Positions 11,006 through 21,255 of a stretch of 64,000 bases of DNA are shown here, one piece after another. The stretch is from an uncultured delta proteobacterium (GTDB taxonomy: Bacteria > Desulfobacterota > Desulfomonilia > UBA1062): the NCBI GenBank assembly GCA_963798485.1, contig CAWCTR010000007.1:224001-288000 (forward strand), read 5' to 3'. Within the stretch, counting starts at the first letter, position 1. The number at the start of each line of letters is the position of its first letter. The notes beneath the pieces are model-generated. The model ran no database searches. It saw only the letters and a program-made list of their open reading frames with translations, and was not told the DNA's origin. A program made the position numbers and the translations under genes.

Positions 11006-11524
11006 ATGAAACTCACGCCCGAGATGATCCGGGAGCAGCGCTTCAAGGTCAAGCTTTCCGGGTTTGACAAGAATGAGGTGATCGCCTTCCTCATGGACAT
11101 GGCCGAAGATATGGAGATGCTCATCGAGGAGAACTCCATCCTCAAGAGCGAGGTGGAAACGGTAAGGCGCAGACAGAAAGACCTGGAAGACCTCTTCCTC
11201 TCAGTCAAGCAGTTCTCGGATGAAAAGATGAAGCGCGTGGACCTCGATGCAAACGCCATCCTGGCCGCTGCAGAAAAGAAGGCCTCTGATATACAGCTCG
11301 CTGCCAACCAGAAACTCGTGGAAGCGGAGCAGCGGGCCCAGGAGCTGCATACCCAGGTGACACTCAAGGCCCGCGAGGTCCTCAGAGAGGCGGAGCGGTC
11401 AAAGATTGAAATAGAGCGGGGCCTGGCGGACCTGAAGAATAAAAGGACGACGCTCTTTACCGAACTCAAGGCCATCATGGATTCATATCAGGCTTGGATC
11501 AGAGACCAGGGGAATGTGGGCTAA
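11006..11524 (+). CDS. DivIVA domain protein
   Basis: LTPEMIREQRF...GFDKNEV N-terminus followed by coiled coil. Confidence 0.85.
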   Translation: MKLTPEMIREQRFKVKLSGFDKNEVIAFLMDMAEDMEMLIEENSILKSEVETVRRRQKDLEDLFLSVKQFSDEKMKRVDLDANAILAAAEKKASDIQLAANQKLVEAEQRAQELHTQVTLKAREVLREAERSKIEIERGLADLKNKRTTLFTELKAIMDSYQAWIRDQGNVG

Positions 11525-11804
11525 CCGAAAAGGGGATTCAACCCTCCTTTCATGCAGGGTCCAGCCCAATTCCTCCAAGGAAGGCATCGGCGAGATCAAA
11601 AACGATGCATTAGTAATCCGTCTGAATGCCCCGGCGGTGGAGGGCAAGGCCAACGATGCCCTCATAAAATTTCTCTCCAAACGACTCGGCATTGCGAAAT
11701 CAAGAATATCCATCATTAGAGGGGAAAAGAACAGGAACAAGCTCGTTTCTGTTCAGCGAGTGAGCCCTGAGGAGATAGCGGAAAGTTTCGGTATTAATCT
11801 ATAA
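11514..11804 (+). CDS. DUF167/YggU family protein
   Basis: VQPNSS, APAVEGKANDAL, GEKNRNK. Confidence 0.85.
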   Translation: MWANRKGDSTLLSCRVQPNSSKEGIGEIKNDALVIRLNAPAVEGKANDALIKFLSKRLGIAKSRISIIRGEKNRNKLVSVQRVSPEEIAESFGINL

Positions 11805-12393
11805 CCTTGATCCCGCGGTAGCCCATGTTGGTCAGCTCCCGGGCTATCTCAGGGGCATCGCCGCCGGATATGCGGAAATGGTGGGTGTTGTCGTCACCGT
11901 TCATGGTCATGCCGGCGCTGATGATATACCCCCCTTTGGACTCGATGATGGATACCACCTCGTCAAAGGACCCGTGGACATTTTTCAGGATTACATCAAT
12001 GCGTGAGCCGCCCTTGAGCACGCCCAGCATGTCTATGAAGGCCTTCAGGATATCATTTACCGTAAGGATGCCCACGATCTTATCATCTTCCATTACAGGC
12101 AGGCACCCGATGCGCTTCTCATAGATGATCTGCGCAGCCTTCTCAAGGGGGGTCTCCTTGGAGATCGTGTAGGGCTCGCGGATCATCACATCATTCACCT
12201 TGAGCTGCTCGATCATGGATGCAATGATGGCCTGCTTGAGGTCCCCCAGCGTCACCAGGCCTACAAAAGAGCCGTTGTCTACGACGGGCAGATGCCGTAC
12301 GGAGTGCTTCTTCATAACCATAAGGGCATCTTTGATGCCTGCATTACTCCCTATGGTGACTACATCCTTGACCATCCATGTTTCAACCTTCAT
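11794..12393 (-). CDS. CBS-pair plus ACT-like domain protein (AcuB-like)
   Basis: VRHLPVV and IGCLPVM CBS motifs. Confidence 0.8.
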   Translation of the reverse strand: MKVETWMVKDVVTIGSNAGIKDALMVMKKHSVRHLPVVDNGSFVGLVTLGDLKQAIIASMIEQLKVNDVMIREPYTISKETPLEKAAQIIYEKRIGCLPVMEDDKIVGILTVNDILKAFIDMLGVLKGGSRIDVILKNVHGSFDEVVSIIESKGGYIISAGMTMNGDDNTHHFRISGGDAPEIARELTNMGYRGIKVID

Positions 12394-12572
12394 GGATTAT
12401 AGGTATACCAAATATTTTCCTGGATGTAAAACCACAAAGCATAGTCTTGATTCACATCAGAAGATATTCCGTATCAGAATGTATGACCACAATGAAAATG
12501 GAGCTTGCTGAGATTTATCGAAGGAATCAACAGTATTTGAAAATCGTCTTTGATCAAACTTTTCTCCGTTAG

Positions 12573-12950
12573 TCATTTTATGTCAGGATAATGTTTTTCC
12601 ATGCATTCAGGACAAATGGAATGGGAAAATTTTGCTTCTGACCGGTCTTGAATGTATTGTTCCATTATCACCCATCCATTCTGATCCTTGGGGTTGACAC
12701 CTTCAGGTCTTATCTTTTTACAAAAAGAACAAATCGGCAAGATCCCTTCGAGCCTTTTGATGACTGTGAGTGCCTCCTCAAGCTCTTGGATCTTCTGCTT
12801 GAGGGCCTTTTCCTTAGTGTCAAGAGACATGACCATGGTGTTGAAGGCTTCGGAAAAGTCGCCCATAAAATCAACTCGCTGATTATAGTCACCCTGGGTT
12901 ACTTGTTTTGCCTGCCAAGTCAAGTGAATCAAGTGGGAATGTAGCTCCTT
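12573..12950 (-). pseudogene. 5'-truncated HAMP-domain signalling protein with C-terminal Cys-rich module
   Basis: HLTWQAKQVTQGDYNQRVDFMGDFSEAFN (HAMP) and LPICSFCKKIR...SHSICPEC; in-frame stop just upstream and no N-terminal domain. Confidence 0.55.
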
Positions 12951-13182
12951 TCGTCCAGGGCAACAGCCCGGTTAGACCTTGATTTATTCTGTAAAACCTG
13001 TATATATAATATTAACTTGAGTTTAGTACTTTGAGTTGATTACTTTTATAAATCATATAATTCACATCTTACGATCTGATACACTCATCACACTTTAAAT
13101 TATATGACATTGTTTTAATACCAGTAAAGTAATTTAAGTATAATGATTAATAGGGTTAAAAGAATCTATCGAAGGAGGGATT

Positions 13183-13491
13183 ATGTCAAAGAAGATATTG
13201 ATCTATTTGGTTGGGATATCTCTGGTTATTTTTCTCGTTTCCTGTGCCAAGTTACCCGAAACCAAAGCTCCGCCATCTGTGCCGACAACTCTAGCAAAAT
13301 TTGGAATGGAGCCTTTGAAACTAAGTGATTCCACACTATTGAAATGGGGTAATTTGATTGGGGTGAGTAATGTAACTCCTGTATGGGTTATATTGTATTT
13401 CCAAGACAAAGAAGGAAACGTCTATTTAGTCTGGTATAACATTCAAGAAAATAAATACCTTGAAGAATATAGAGTCATGAAGCGCAAATAA
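13183..13491 (+). CDS. Hypothetical lipoprotein (AT-rich)
   Basis: SD AGGAGG, signal peptide with lipobox LVSC. Confidence 0.65.
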   Translation: MSKKILIYLVGISLVIFLVSCAKLPETKAPPSVPTTLAKFGMEPLKLSDSTLLKWGNLIGVSNVTPVWVILYFQDKEGNVYLVWYNIQENKYLEEYRVMKRK

Positions 13492-13501
13492 GGAGGTTTA
13501 T

Positions 13502-13726
13502 ATGTTAAAACATATTACCAGTCTTATCAACCGGATTCTTTTCATCGTTTCATTTATAATGGCAGGATTGGCAGCATGGGAAAAGTTGGCAAATATAATG
13601 GGACTTACACTGATGAGGGGGTATTACTCCAACTGGCAGCTATTAGAGTTTTCAGCAATAGCCTTACTTTTCGTAATAGCACTTCAATTAAGGGAGATTA
13701 AGTCATCAATAGGAGTAAAAATGTAG
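13502..13726 (+). CDS. Small hypothetical membrane protein
   Basis: SD AGGAGG, two hydrophobic segments. Confidence 0.65.
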   Translation: MLKHITSLINRILFIVSFIMAGLAAWEKLANIMGLTLMRGYYSNWQLLEFSAIALLFVIALQLREIKSSIGVKM

Positions 13727-13831
13727 TTGGTAACTGTCAATAGATCGGGGTGCTAATTATTCCAAGAAAAGCATCTAGCTATTATTTAGATATAACTCAA
13801 AGATCATGACACACCCATAAATGATGCGGGG

Positions 13832-15163
13832 TTATTCCGTCATGATGGACCTGAGGTATTCCAGTGCCTGCCCGCGGCTTGATATAATCCCGTCCGCCCG
13901 GGCCTCTTCTACAAGGCGCAGCAGTTCCCCCACCTTGAGACCCGGGTCCATTGATAAGTTTTCCATGATGTCATGGCCTGTGAGTAGCGGGTTTGCCGTA
14001 TGGGCCTGATAGGTCCCCAGGAAATATTCCCACAGGGATGCGACGCGTGTCTGAATGGATACATCATTTGTTCCGTCTGCGATCCTTTGGGTTGCAAGAG
14101 TATCAGAGGCAAGGGCCAGCAGGAGCATCTCCGGTATGCATTGCCGATATGCAGACAAGAGCCGGTGCATGCCGCTGCCGCTGAGAAAGGGTTTCTCGTT
14201 AAGGCCATGCACACGCAGCATGCCTGAGATGGTCTTTGCAATGACGCGGCTTGCCAGGGAAGAAAGTGCCAGCCTCGTGCACCAGGAGTGCACCAGGTCT
14301 TCATTATAATTGTGCTGCGATGACTCTGCTATGCCGGCAAAAAAGCCTGCTAACCGTAGCGCCCCGGACCTGGTGAAACCATGCTCCAGCTCATCTGCAA
14401 AGGGGTCTTTGATGCCGGGGAGATATGATGACACATCCGGGAGAAGGCCCTCTACACCTGAAAGGATCTCAAGGCCCAGACCAAGCCGGTCTTCATCCAC
14501 CGGACCCTTGAAGAGCACGGGGGCATAACCTGCATCAATGAGGAGGCTGAAAAATGTTGCGCTGTCGGGACACTTCAGGGCCTTTAAGAACTCGTATTTG
14601 ATCCGTTCAGGGGCAATTACCTGAAGAGTTTCTGCATTTTTCTTGATCATTCCCAGGGTGAGGTTATCAAGGGAGAACCCGAGCTGCACGGAGAACCTCA
14701 GGCTGCGCAACCCCCGAAGCGGGTCGTCCTTCAGGTTCTTTTCCGCAATGAGCCGGATCCGTTTTTCCTGCAGGTCCTTTTGTCCCCCAAGCGGATCGAT
14801 GAGTGTCCCGTCAAAGGGATTCAGGGCCATGGCATTGATGGTGATATCACGCTCTGCAAGGTCCGCTGCTATGTCGTCTCCCCGGGGAGGTGATACGTCT
14901 ATGGTCAGATCCCCGTGGTTCAGTGCGACCCTGGCCACCTGACGTTCCCGGTCCATGAAAAAGGCCTTGCCTCCCAAAATTGCGCCGAGCTGCCGCGCCA
15001 GGTCCATGGATGCCCCGAAGGTGACAAGGTCGAAGTCGGATGGAACGGCACCCAGCATCAGGTCCCGTACACACCCGCCCACAAGATAGGTCCGCCCAGG
15101 CAAGTGCGGCAGGATACCTTTAAGGATTTTGTTTTTTTTGGCGGCATTGAACAGATCGTGCAT
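13832..15163 (-). CDS. CCA tRNA nucleotidyltransferase/poly(A) polymerase family
   Basis: LVGGCVRD, DFD, RDITINAMA, DDPLR, APERI. Confidence 0.85.
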   Translation of the reverse strand: MHDLFNAAKKNKILKGILPHLPGRTYLVGGCVRDLMLGAVPSDFDLVTFGASMDLARQLGAILGGKAFFMDRERQVARVALNHGDLTIDVSPPRGDDIAADLAERDITINAMALNPFDGTLIDPLGGQKDLQEKRIRLIAEKNLKDDPLRGLRSLRFSVQLGFSLDNLTLGMIKKNAETLQVIAPERIKYEFLKALKCPDSATFFSLLIDAGYAPVLFKGPVDEDRLGLGLEILSGVEGLLPDVSSYLPGIKDPFADELEHGFTRSGALRLAGFFAGIAESSQHNYNEDLVHSWCTRLALSSLASRVIAKTISGMLRVHGLNEKPFLSGSGMHRLLSAYRQCIPEMLLLALASDTLATQRIADGTNDVSIQTRVASLWEYFLGTYQAHTANPLLTGHDIMENLSMDPGLKVGELLRLVEEARADGIISSRGQALEYLRSIMTE

Positions 15164-16418
15164 GCGCCTCCAGGTCCTCGGCTTGGGCGATGCGCACCGC
15201 CATGGGCCCTAATGTCTGAAAAGTTTTCTCTGATATCCCGATGACCGAGGTGCGCTTGGTGAAATCATAGACGCCGAGCGGCGAATAGAACCGCGCCGTT
15301 GAACCGGTGGGCAGGGTATGGTTGGGTCCGGCCACATAATCGCCCATGGCCTCCGGGCTCATATAACCCAGGAACACTGCCCCTGCATTCTTGATCCTGC
15401 CGAGATACTCATAGGCATTGTCCAGCATGAGCTCCAGGTGTTCAGGCGCCACCTTGTTGGCGATATTGATGGCCTCATCCAGGTCTTTTGTCACGATAAC
15501 CGCCCCGTGGTTATCGAGGGCGCCTCTGATGGTGTCCTTGCGCGGCAGGGCGGCTACGGCCTTTTCCAGCTCTTTCAACACGGCCGCAGCCAGGGCCGCC
15601 GAAGGGGTGATTAGGATGGAAGATGCCTGGGTATCGTGCTCGGCCTGGGAGAGCAGGTCGCACGCAACCACATACGGATCAGCCTTGTCATCCGCAATCA
15701 CGAGGATCTCGGAAGGGCCTGCAAAGGCGTCGATGCCGATGGTCCCCTGGAGGAGCTTCTTGGCATGGGCTACATAGATATTACCCGGGCCGACCACCTT
15801 GTCCACTTTTGCGATGCTCTTGGTTCCGAAGGCCAGGGCGGCTATGGCCTGGGCGCCTCCGATACGGTAGATCCTCTCCACACCTGCTATATGTGCAGCG
15901 GCAAGCAGCGTCCGGCTGACCCTACCGGAAGGGGTGGGGGATACCACCACGATATTCTCTACGCCGGCGATTTTCGCCGGGATCACATTCATGAGCAGTG
16001 TTGAAGGAAAGGCGTTCTTCCCCCCCGGTACATAGATGCCCGCACTGCCTACGGCGGTGACCTTCTGCCCAAGGATGGTGCCCGATTCATCGGTGATGAA
16101 CCAGGACTGCTCCTTCTGGTGGGAATGGAACTCCTCTATGCGCATTGCAGCGCAGCCGAGCGCTTCGAGGATGTCTTTCGGGGCCTCTTGGTATGCCTTT
16201 GCAATCTCGGGTTGTCCGAAGCAGAGCCCGTCTTTTTCCGGGTCGAACGTATCAAAGGTCCTGGTGTATTCAAACAGCGCCTCATCTCCCCTGACCCTGA
16301 CCTGCTCGATGATCCCTCTGACCGCGCTGTCCACCTCATCAGGCATGCCCCTCATACGGTCCAGCAGCCCGAAAAGCCTTTCATTCCAGTCTTGATCCTT
16401 CGTCCTTATTGTTATCAT
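15120..16418 (-). CDS. hisD: Histidinol dehydrogenase
   Basis: GIYVPGG, AGPSE, LSQAEHD, APEHLEL, GPNHTLPT. Confidence 0.95.
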   Translation of the reverse strand: MITIRTKDQDWNERLFGLLDRMRGMPDEVDSAVRGIIEQVRVRGDEALFEYTRTFDTFDPEKDGLCFGQPEIAKAYQEAPKDILEALGCAAMRIEEFHSHQKEQSWFITDESGTILGQKVTAVGSAGIYVPGGKNAFPSTLLMNVIPAKIAGVENIVVVSPTPSGRVSRTLLAAAHIAGVERIYRIGGAQAIAALAFGTKSIAKVDKVVGPGNIYVAHAKKLLQGTIGIDAFAGPSEILVIADDKADPYVVACDLLSQAEHDTQASSILITPSAALAAAVLKELEKAVAALPRKDTIRGALDNHGAVIVTKDLDEAINIANKVAPEHLELMLDNAYEYLGRIKNAGAVFLGYMSPEAMGDYVAGPNHTLPTGSTARFYSPLGVYDFTKRTSVIGISEKTFQTLGPMAVRIAQAEDLEAHARSVQCRQKKQNP

Positions 16419-17683
16419 CAAAGACCGCCCTTCTCCCTTGATACCTCTGCGCCGAGCTTGATGAGCTTCTTGTCCAGGCCTTCATAGCCTCGGTCGAGAT
16501 GGTAGATCCTCCTGATCTCGGTATACCCGGCGGCATTTATCGCTGCGAGCACCAGGCTGGCCGAGGCCCTCAGGTCAGTGGCCATGACGGATGCCCCCTG
16601 GAACCGATCAATGCCACGCACGATCACGGTCCTGCCCTTTTCTTCGAGGTCGGCCCCCATGCGCACAAGCTCGGGTACATGCATGAACCGGTTCTCGAAG
16701 ATGTTCTCCGTGATGTCGGAAACCCCGGCCGCGATACAGGCCAGGGCCATTATCTGTGCCTGCATGTCTGTGGGGAAGCCGGGGTAGGGCGAAGTCTTTA
16801 TGTGAACAGGCGTCAGGTCGCAATCCCCGTTTACCTGGAGCGTACCATCTTCACCTTCGCTGATCTTGATGCCCATCTCGAGAAGCTTGTCAATGATGGC
16901 TGCAGCATGATCCGGCCTTCCCCCCCTGATGGTGAGCTTCCCCTTGGTGATGGCAGCGGCAACAATGAGGGTACCCAGCTCTATCCTGTCGGGTATGACC
17001 TTGTAGTTAAGGCCGCAGAGCGAATTCACCCCTTCGATGACCATGGTGCTCTCTCCCGCACCCTCGATACGGGCGCCCATGGCATTCAGTGCGCCTGCGA
17101 GGTCCACGACCTCGGGCTCCCTCGCAGCACCCTCGATAATGGTTGTGCCTTCAGCCAGGCATGCGGCCATCATGACATTTTCCGTGCCGCCCACCGTGGT
17201 GTTGTCGAACACGATACGGGCGCCCTTGAGTTTGTTTGCCGTTGCCATGACATACCCGTGGGAAAGTTCTATTTCCGCCCCCATCTTGGCAAAGGCCTTC
17301 AGGTGCATGTCAATGGGCCTCACCCCGATGGCACACCCGCCGGGCAGCGATACCTTGGCCTTTCCATACTTGGCAAGGAGCGGCCCTAGGACAAGGATGG
17401 ATGCCCTCATGCTCTTGACCAGGTCATAGGGGGCCTCAAAGGCATTGACGCCTTTAGGGTCAAGAACAACGGTATTGTGTTCGGGCCTGTCCGCCTTGAT
17501 GCCCAGTTTTGCAAGCACCGCACAGATGGTGCTGATATCCATGAGCCGCGGCACATTGGTATATGTGCATAAGCCGTCAGAGAGCAGCGATGAGCAGAGT
17601 ATGGGCAGCGCTGCATTTTTGGACCCGGAGACGTTCACCTCTCCACGCAGCACATTGCCGCCTGATATGATGAATTTATCCAT
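16418..17683 (-). CDS. murA: UDP-N-acetylglucosamine 1-carboxyvinyltransferase
   Basis: GSKNAALP, LPGGCAIGVRP, GFPTDMQAQ, TDLRAS. Confidence 0.96.
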   Translation of the reverse strand: MDKFIISGGNVLRGEVNVSGSKNAALPILCSSLLSDGLCTYTNVPRLMDISTICAVLAKLGIKADRPEHNTVVLDPKGVNAFEAPYDLVKSMRASILVLGPLLAKYGKAKVSLPGGCAIGVRPIDMHLKAFAKMGAEIELSHGYVMATANKLKGARIVFDNTTVGGTENVMMAACLAEGTTIIEGAAREPEVVDLAGALNAMGARIEGAGESTMVIEGVNSLCGLNYKVIPDRIELGTLIVAAAITKGKLTIRGGRPDHAAAIIDKLLEMGIKISEGEDGTLQVNGDCDLTPVHIKTSPYPGFPTDMQAQIMALACIAAGVSDITENIFENRFMHVPELVRMGADLEEKGRTVIVRGIDRFQGASVMATDLRASASLVLAAINAAGYTEIRRIYHLDRGYEGLDKKLIKLGAEVSREKGGL

Positions 17684-18527
17684 GAATCCTCTCTATGATC
17701 ACGACCCTTTCTATCCCTGCAAGGTCATGTATCCAGGACCTTATCTTCAGAGTTTTTTTAGATCCTACCAAAGAGTCGATGGCTCCTTTTTGGCCCCGGC
17801 CGGCCTCCATGATGAGTATGCCGCCTTGGGTTAGATGACCGCTCATCCCTTTGATGATCTCTTTTACAATATCGAGCCCGTCTTTTCCACCGAAAAGGGC
17901 TTTTGCGGGCTCATGGAGCCTGACATCATCATCCAGGCTGTCCGCCTCATCCAGACGGATATAGGGCGGGTTTGCTATTATCATGGGCCAGGGGCCGCCG
18001 ATGCCGTCCATGACATTGCCCGCAAAGAGACCAAGCCTGTGGGAGACACCATGGGAGGCGGCATTGACCCGTGTAGTGATGAGGGCAGGGATGCTGATGT
18101 CATTGCCGACAGCCTTCAGGTCTTCCCGTTCACACAAAATTGAGATGATCACCGCACCACAGCCAACCCCGATCTCGAAAACCGTAGCACCTTTCGGGGC
18201 CAGCGCAATGGACTGCTCCACCAGGATCTCGGTCTCGGGCCTGGGGATGAGAACGTAAGGGTTGACCATAAACGGCATGCCGAAGAACTCCTTGACGCCT
18301 GTTATGTATGCCACCGGCTCGTGAGAGATCCTGCGCTCTATAAGGTCGCTGAAAGCATCCATCTCTTCGTCCGTGAGCATGCGGTCCCGGTGGATGATGA
18401 GGTCGATCCTTCTGATGGTAAGGGCGTGTGCAAGGAGCAGGTCGGCATCGATGAAGGCCGAGTCTATGTTCTGTTCTGCAAGAAGGCCCCTGGCTTTACT
18501 GAGCGCCTCGGAGATGGTTTTTGCCAC
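17676..18527 (-). CDS. prmC: Release factor glutamine methyltransferase
   Basis: EPVAYI, LIPRPETE, NPPY; follows prfA; GTG start inferred. Confidence 0.92.
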   Translation of the reverse strand: MAKTISEALSKARGLLAEQNIDSAFIDADLLLAHALTIRRIDLIIHRDRMLTDEEMDAFSDLIERRISHEPVAYITGVKEFFGMPFMVNPYVLIPRPETEILVEQSIALAPKGATVFEIGVGCGAVIISILCEREDLKAVGNDISIPALITTRVNAASHGVSHRLGLFAGNVMDGIGGPWPMIIANPPYIRLDEADSLDDDVRLHEPAKALFGGKDGLDIVKEIIKGMSGHLTQGGILIMEAGRGQKGAIDSLVGSKKTLKIRSWIHDLAGIERVVIIERIHG

Positions 18528-18531
18528 TCCT

Positions 18532-19599
18532 TCAGCTCCCGGTCTTCTTGAGTGCCTCGGCCTGGTAATGGGTGGTAAGCTCGTCGATGATCTCGTCGAT
18601 GTCCCCCTCAAGGATCTGGGGGAGTCTGTGCAGGGTAAGGTTTACCCGGTGGTCTGTGACGCGGCCCTGGGGGAAGTTATAGGTGCGGATCCGCTCGCTC
18701 CTGTCTCCAGTGCCTACCTGGGAGCGTCTCTGTGAGGCGATCTCGCGGTCCTGGTCCTCATGCCTCTTCTGGAGGATACGGGTCCGGATCACCCTTAAGG
18801 CCTTTGCCTTGTTCTTGTGCTGGGACTTCTCGTCCTGACAGGAAACCACTATCCCGGTGGGGATGTGGGTGATGCGGATGGCCGACTCGGTCTTGTTCAC
18901 GTGCTGGCCGCCTGCCCCGGAAGCCCGGTAGGTATCTATCCTCAGGTCATTGACGTCAATGCTTACATCCACTTCTTCTGCCTCGGGCAGCACTGCAACC
19001 GTGACCGCCGAGGTGTGGATCCTTCCGCTCGCCTCAGTGGCCGGGACACGCTGTACCCGATGGACCCCGCTCTCGTATTTAAGCCTCGCATAGGCGTCCT
19101 TGCCCTTGATGCCGGCGATGACCTCTTTGATGCCGCCGATGCCGGTCTCATTGATGGACAGGACCTCGATAGCCCAACGCCTGGCTTCGGCATAACGGGA
19201 ATACATCCGAAAGAGGTCCGTAGCGAAAAGGGCCGCCTCTTCCCCCCCGGTGCCGGCCCTGATCTCGAGGATGACGTCGCGGCTGTCGTTCGGGTCCTTG
19301 GGGATGAAGAGCGTCCTGATCTGCTGCTCGGTACGCTGCCTTTCGGCCTGCAAGGACTCGAGCTCGCCCTTCACGAGCCCCCTGATCTCGGGGTCAGGGT
19401 CTTCAAGCATGGTTTCATGTTCGGCAATATCAGTGGATACCTGCATAAGTCGCCGGGAGAGGCCCATGATCTCCTCAAGGGAGGCCTGCTCTTTGGCTAT
19501 AGCGGTATACCGGGTATGGTCCGCAAAGATCTTCTCATCGGCAAGGAGATCGGAGAGCTGATGGTAGCGTTCCTCTATCTCCTTGAGTTTTTCGAGCAT
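18532..19599 (-). CDS. prfA: Peptide chain release factor 1
   Basis: GGQ motif, PAT tripeptide, RAGTGGEEA. Confidence 0.96.
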   Translation of the reverse strand: MLEKLKEIEERYHQLSDLLADEKIFADHTRYTAIAKEQASLEEIMGLSRRLMQVSTDIAEHETMLEDPDPEIRGLVKGELESLQAERQRTEQQIRTLFIPKDPNDSRDVILEIRAGTGGEEAALFATDLFRMYSRYAEARRWAIEVLSINETGIGGIKEVIAGIKGKDAYARLKYESGVHRVQRVPATEASGRIHTSAVTVAVLPEAEEVDVSIDVNDLRIDTYRASGAGGQHVNKTESAIRITHIPTGIVVSCQDEKSQHKNKAKALRVIRTRILQKRHEDQDREIASQRRSQVGTGDRSERIRTYNFPQGRVTDHRVNLTLHRLPQILEGDIDEIIDELTTHYQAEALKKTGS

Positions 19600-19614
19600 G
19601 TCGTTTCTGGAGGG

Positions 19615-19848
19615 TTACTTGCTTTTGCCTTGCTTGCTGTCCTTTTTCAGGTACTCGCCGTACTTTCTCTTGAACAGCTCCGCCTTGCCTGCCGTAGAGG
19701 TGAGCCTCTGTTGACCCGTATAAAAGGGGTGGCAGGCGCTGCAGATTTCAACGCGTATGTCCTTCTTGGTAGAACGTGTGGCGAAGGTATTCCCGCACCC
19801 GCAGGTGACCGTTGTCTCGAAATAATCTGGGTGTATCCCTTTCTTCAT
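19615..19848 (-). CDS. rpmE: 50S ribosomal protein L31 (Zn-binding type)
   Basis: [21 protein letters not shown]. Confidence 0.96.
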   Translation of the reverse strand: MKKGIHPDYFETTVTCGCGNTFATRSTKKDIRVEICSACHPFYTGQQRLTSTAGKAELFKRKYGEYLKKDSKQGKSK

Positions 19849-19859
19849 TGTATCTGCTC

Positions 19860-21107
19860 CTATTTATTCATGGAATCCATGAACTCGGCATTATTGCGCG
19901 TCTTGCTTAATTTGTCCAGTAAAAATTCTATGCTGTCGATGGGATTCAAGGGGCTCAGGAGCTTCCGCAAAATCCAGATGCGATCCAGCTGTTCCTTGGG
20001 CAGCAGGAGCTCCTCTTTACGTGTGCCCGACTTGGAGATGTCGATGGCCGGGAAGACCCTGCGCTCCATAATGGACCGGTCGAGGTGAATCTCCTGGTTG
20101 CCCGTGCCCTTGAATTCTTCGTAGATGACTTCATCCATACGGGAGCCCGTATCAACCAGCGCCGTTGCAATGATCGTGATACTGCCTCCCTCTTCAATAT
20201 TCCTGGCCGAACCGAAAAACCTTTTCGGTTTCTGCAGGGCATTTGCATCGATACCGCCGGAGAGGAGCTTGCCTGAGGGCGGGCATACCGTGTTGTGTGC
20301 CCTGGCAAGCCTGGTGAGCGAATCCAGCAGGATCACTACATCCTTTTTGTACTCCACCAGGCGCTTGGCCTTCTCCATGACCATACGGGCCACCTGCACA
20401 TGGCGTGCAGCAGGCTCGTCAAAGGTCGATGCCACAACCTCGCCATTAACGGAGCGCTGCATATCCGTAACCTCTTCAGGCCGCTCATCGATGAGCAGGA
20501 CCATCAATTCCACATCGGGGTGGTTCTTCTTGATGGAGTTGGCGACGCTCTGGAGCATCATGGTCTTGCCCGCCTTTGGCGGGGACACTATCATGCCCCT
20601 CTGGCCCTTGCCGATGGGGACAAGAAGATCCAGGACCCTCCCGGTGAGGTTGTCCTGACCGGTCTCAAGTTTGAATTTCTCCATGGGGTAGAGCGGGGTA
20701 AGATTGTCGAAGGACACCCGGTGCTTGGCCTCCTCCGGGTCTGCATCGCTGATGGTTTCAAGCTTCAGCAATGCGAAGTACCGCTCGTTGTCCTTGGGGG
20801 GCCTGATCTGTCCCCTTACCTCGTCGCCGTTTTTCAGGTTGAACCGCCTGATCTGGGAGGGCGAGACATATATGTCGTCCGGGCCGGGCAGGTAGCTGTA
20901 GTCAGCCGAACGCAGGAAGCCGAACCCATCGGGCAGGATCTCAAGGACCCCCTGGCCGGATATGGAGACATCTTTTTCCGCCTGGGCCTGGAGGATTGCA
21001 AAGATAAGCTCCTGCTTGTTCATGGTGGCTGAACCCTCTATCTCCAGCGAGTTTGCAGTCTCAAGGAGGTCCTTGGGGTCCATCTTTTTTAAATCTTCTA
21101 AGTGCAT
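19860..21107 (-). CDS. rho: Transcription termination factor Rho
   Basis: [31 protein letters not shown]. Confidence 0.96.
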   Translation of the reverse strand: MHLEDLKKMDPKDLLETANSLEIEGSATMNKQELIFAILQAQAEKDVSISGQGVLEILPDGFGFLRSADYSYLPGPDDIYVSPSQIRRFNLKNGDEVRGQIRPPKDNERYFALLKLETISDADPEEAKHRVSFDNLTPLYPMEKFKLETGQDNLTGRVLDLLVPIGKGQRGMIVSPPKAGKTMMLQSVANSIKKNHPDVELMVLLIDERPEEVTDMQRSVNGEVVASTFDEPAARHVQVARMVMEKAKRLVEYKKDVVILLDSLTRLARAHNTVCPPSGKLLSGGIDANALQKPKRFFGSARNIEEGGSITIIATALVDTGSRMDEVIYEEFKGTGNQEIHLDRSIMERRVFPAIDISKSGTRKEELLLPKEQLDRIWILRKLLSPLNPIDSIEFLLDKLSKTRNNAEFMDSMNK

Positions 21108-21255
21108 ATAACTTCCTTTCGGCTTTATGAGCTGGTGTGGGGTGTTTCTGTGCGAGGGCCCACGAAACAGATTAATCGGTATGACATGGACTAAATGAAA
21201 CAAAATGCAATGTCAAGCGCAAAAGGGGCCTCTTTTAAGCTTCCTCCACCAGTCT

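Noticed and set aside
18817-20088. Long antisense ORFs (also 16499-17389 and 51647-52480)
   Set aside because: Shadow frames of conserved genes in GC-rich DNA, with no recognisable motifs.
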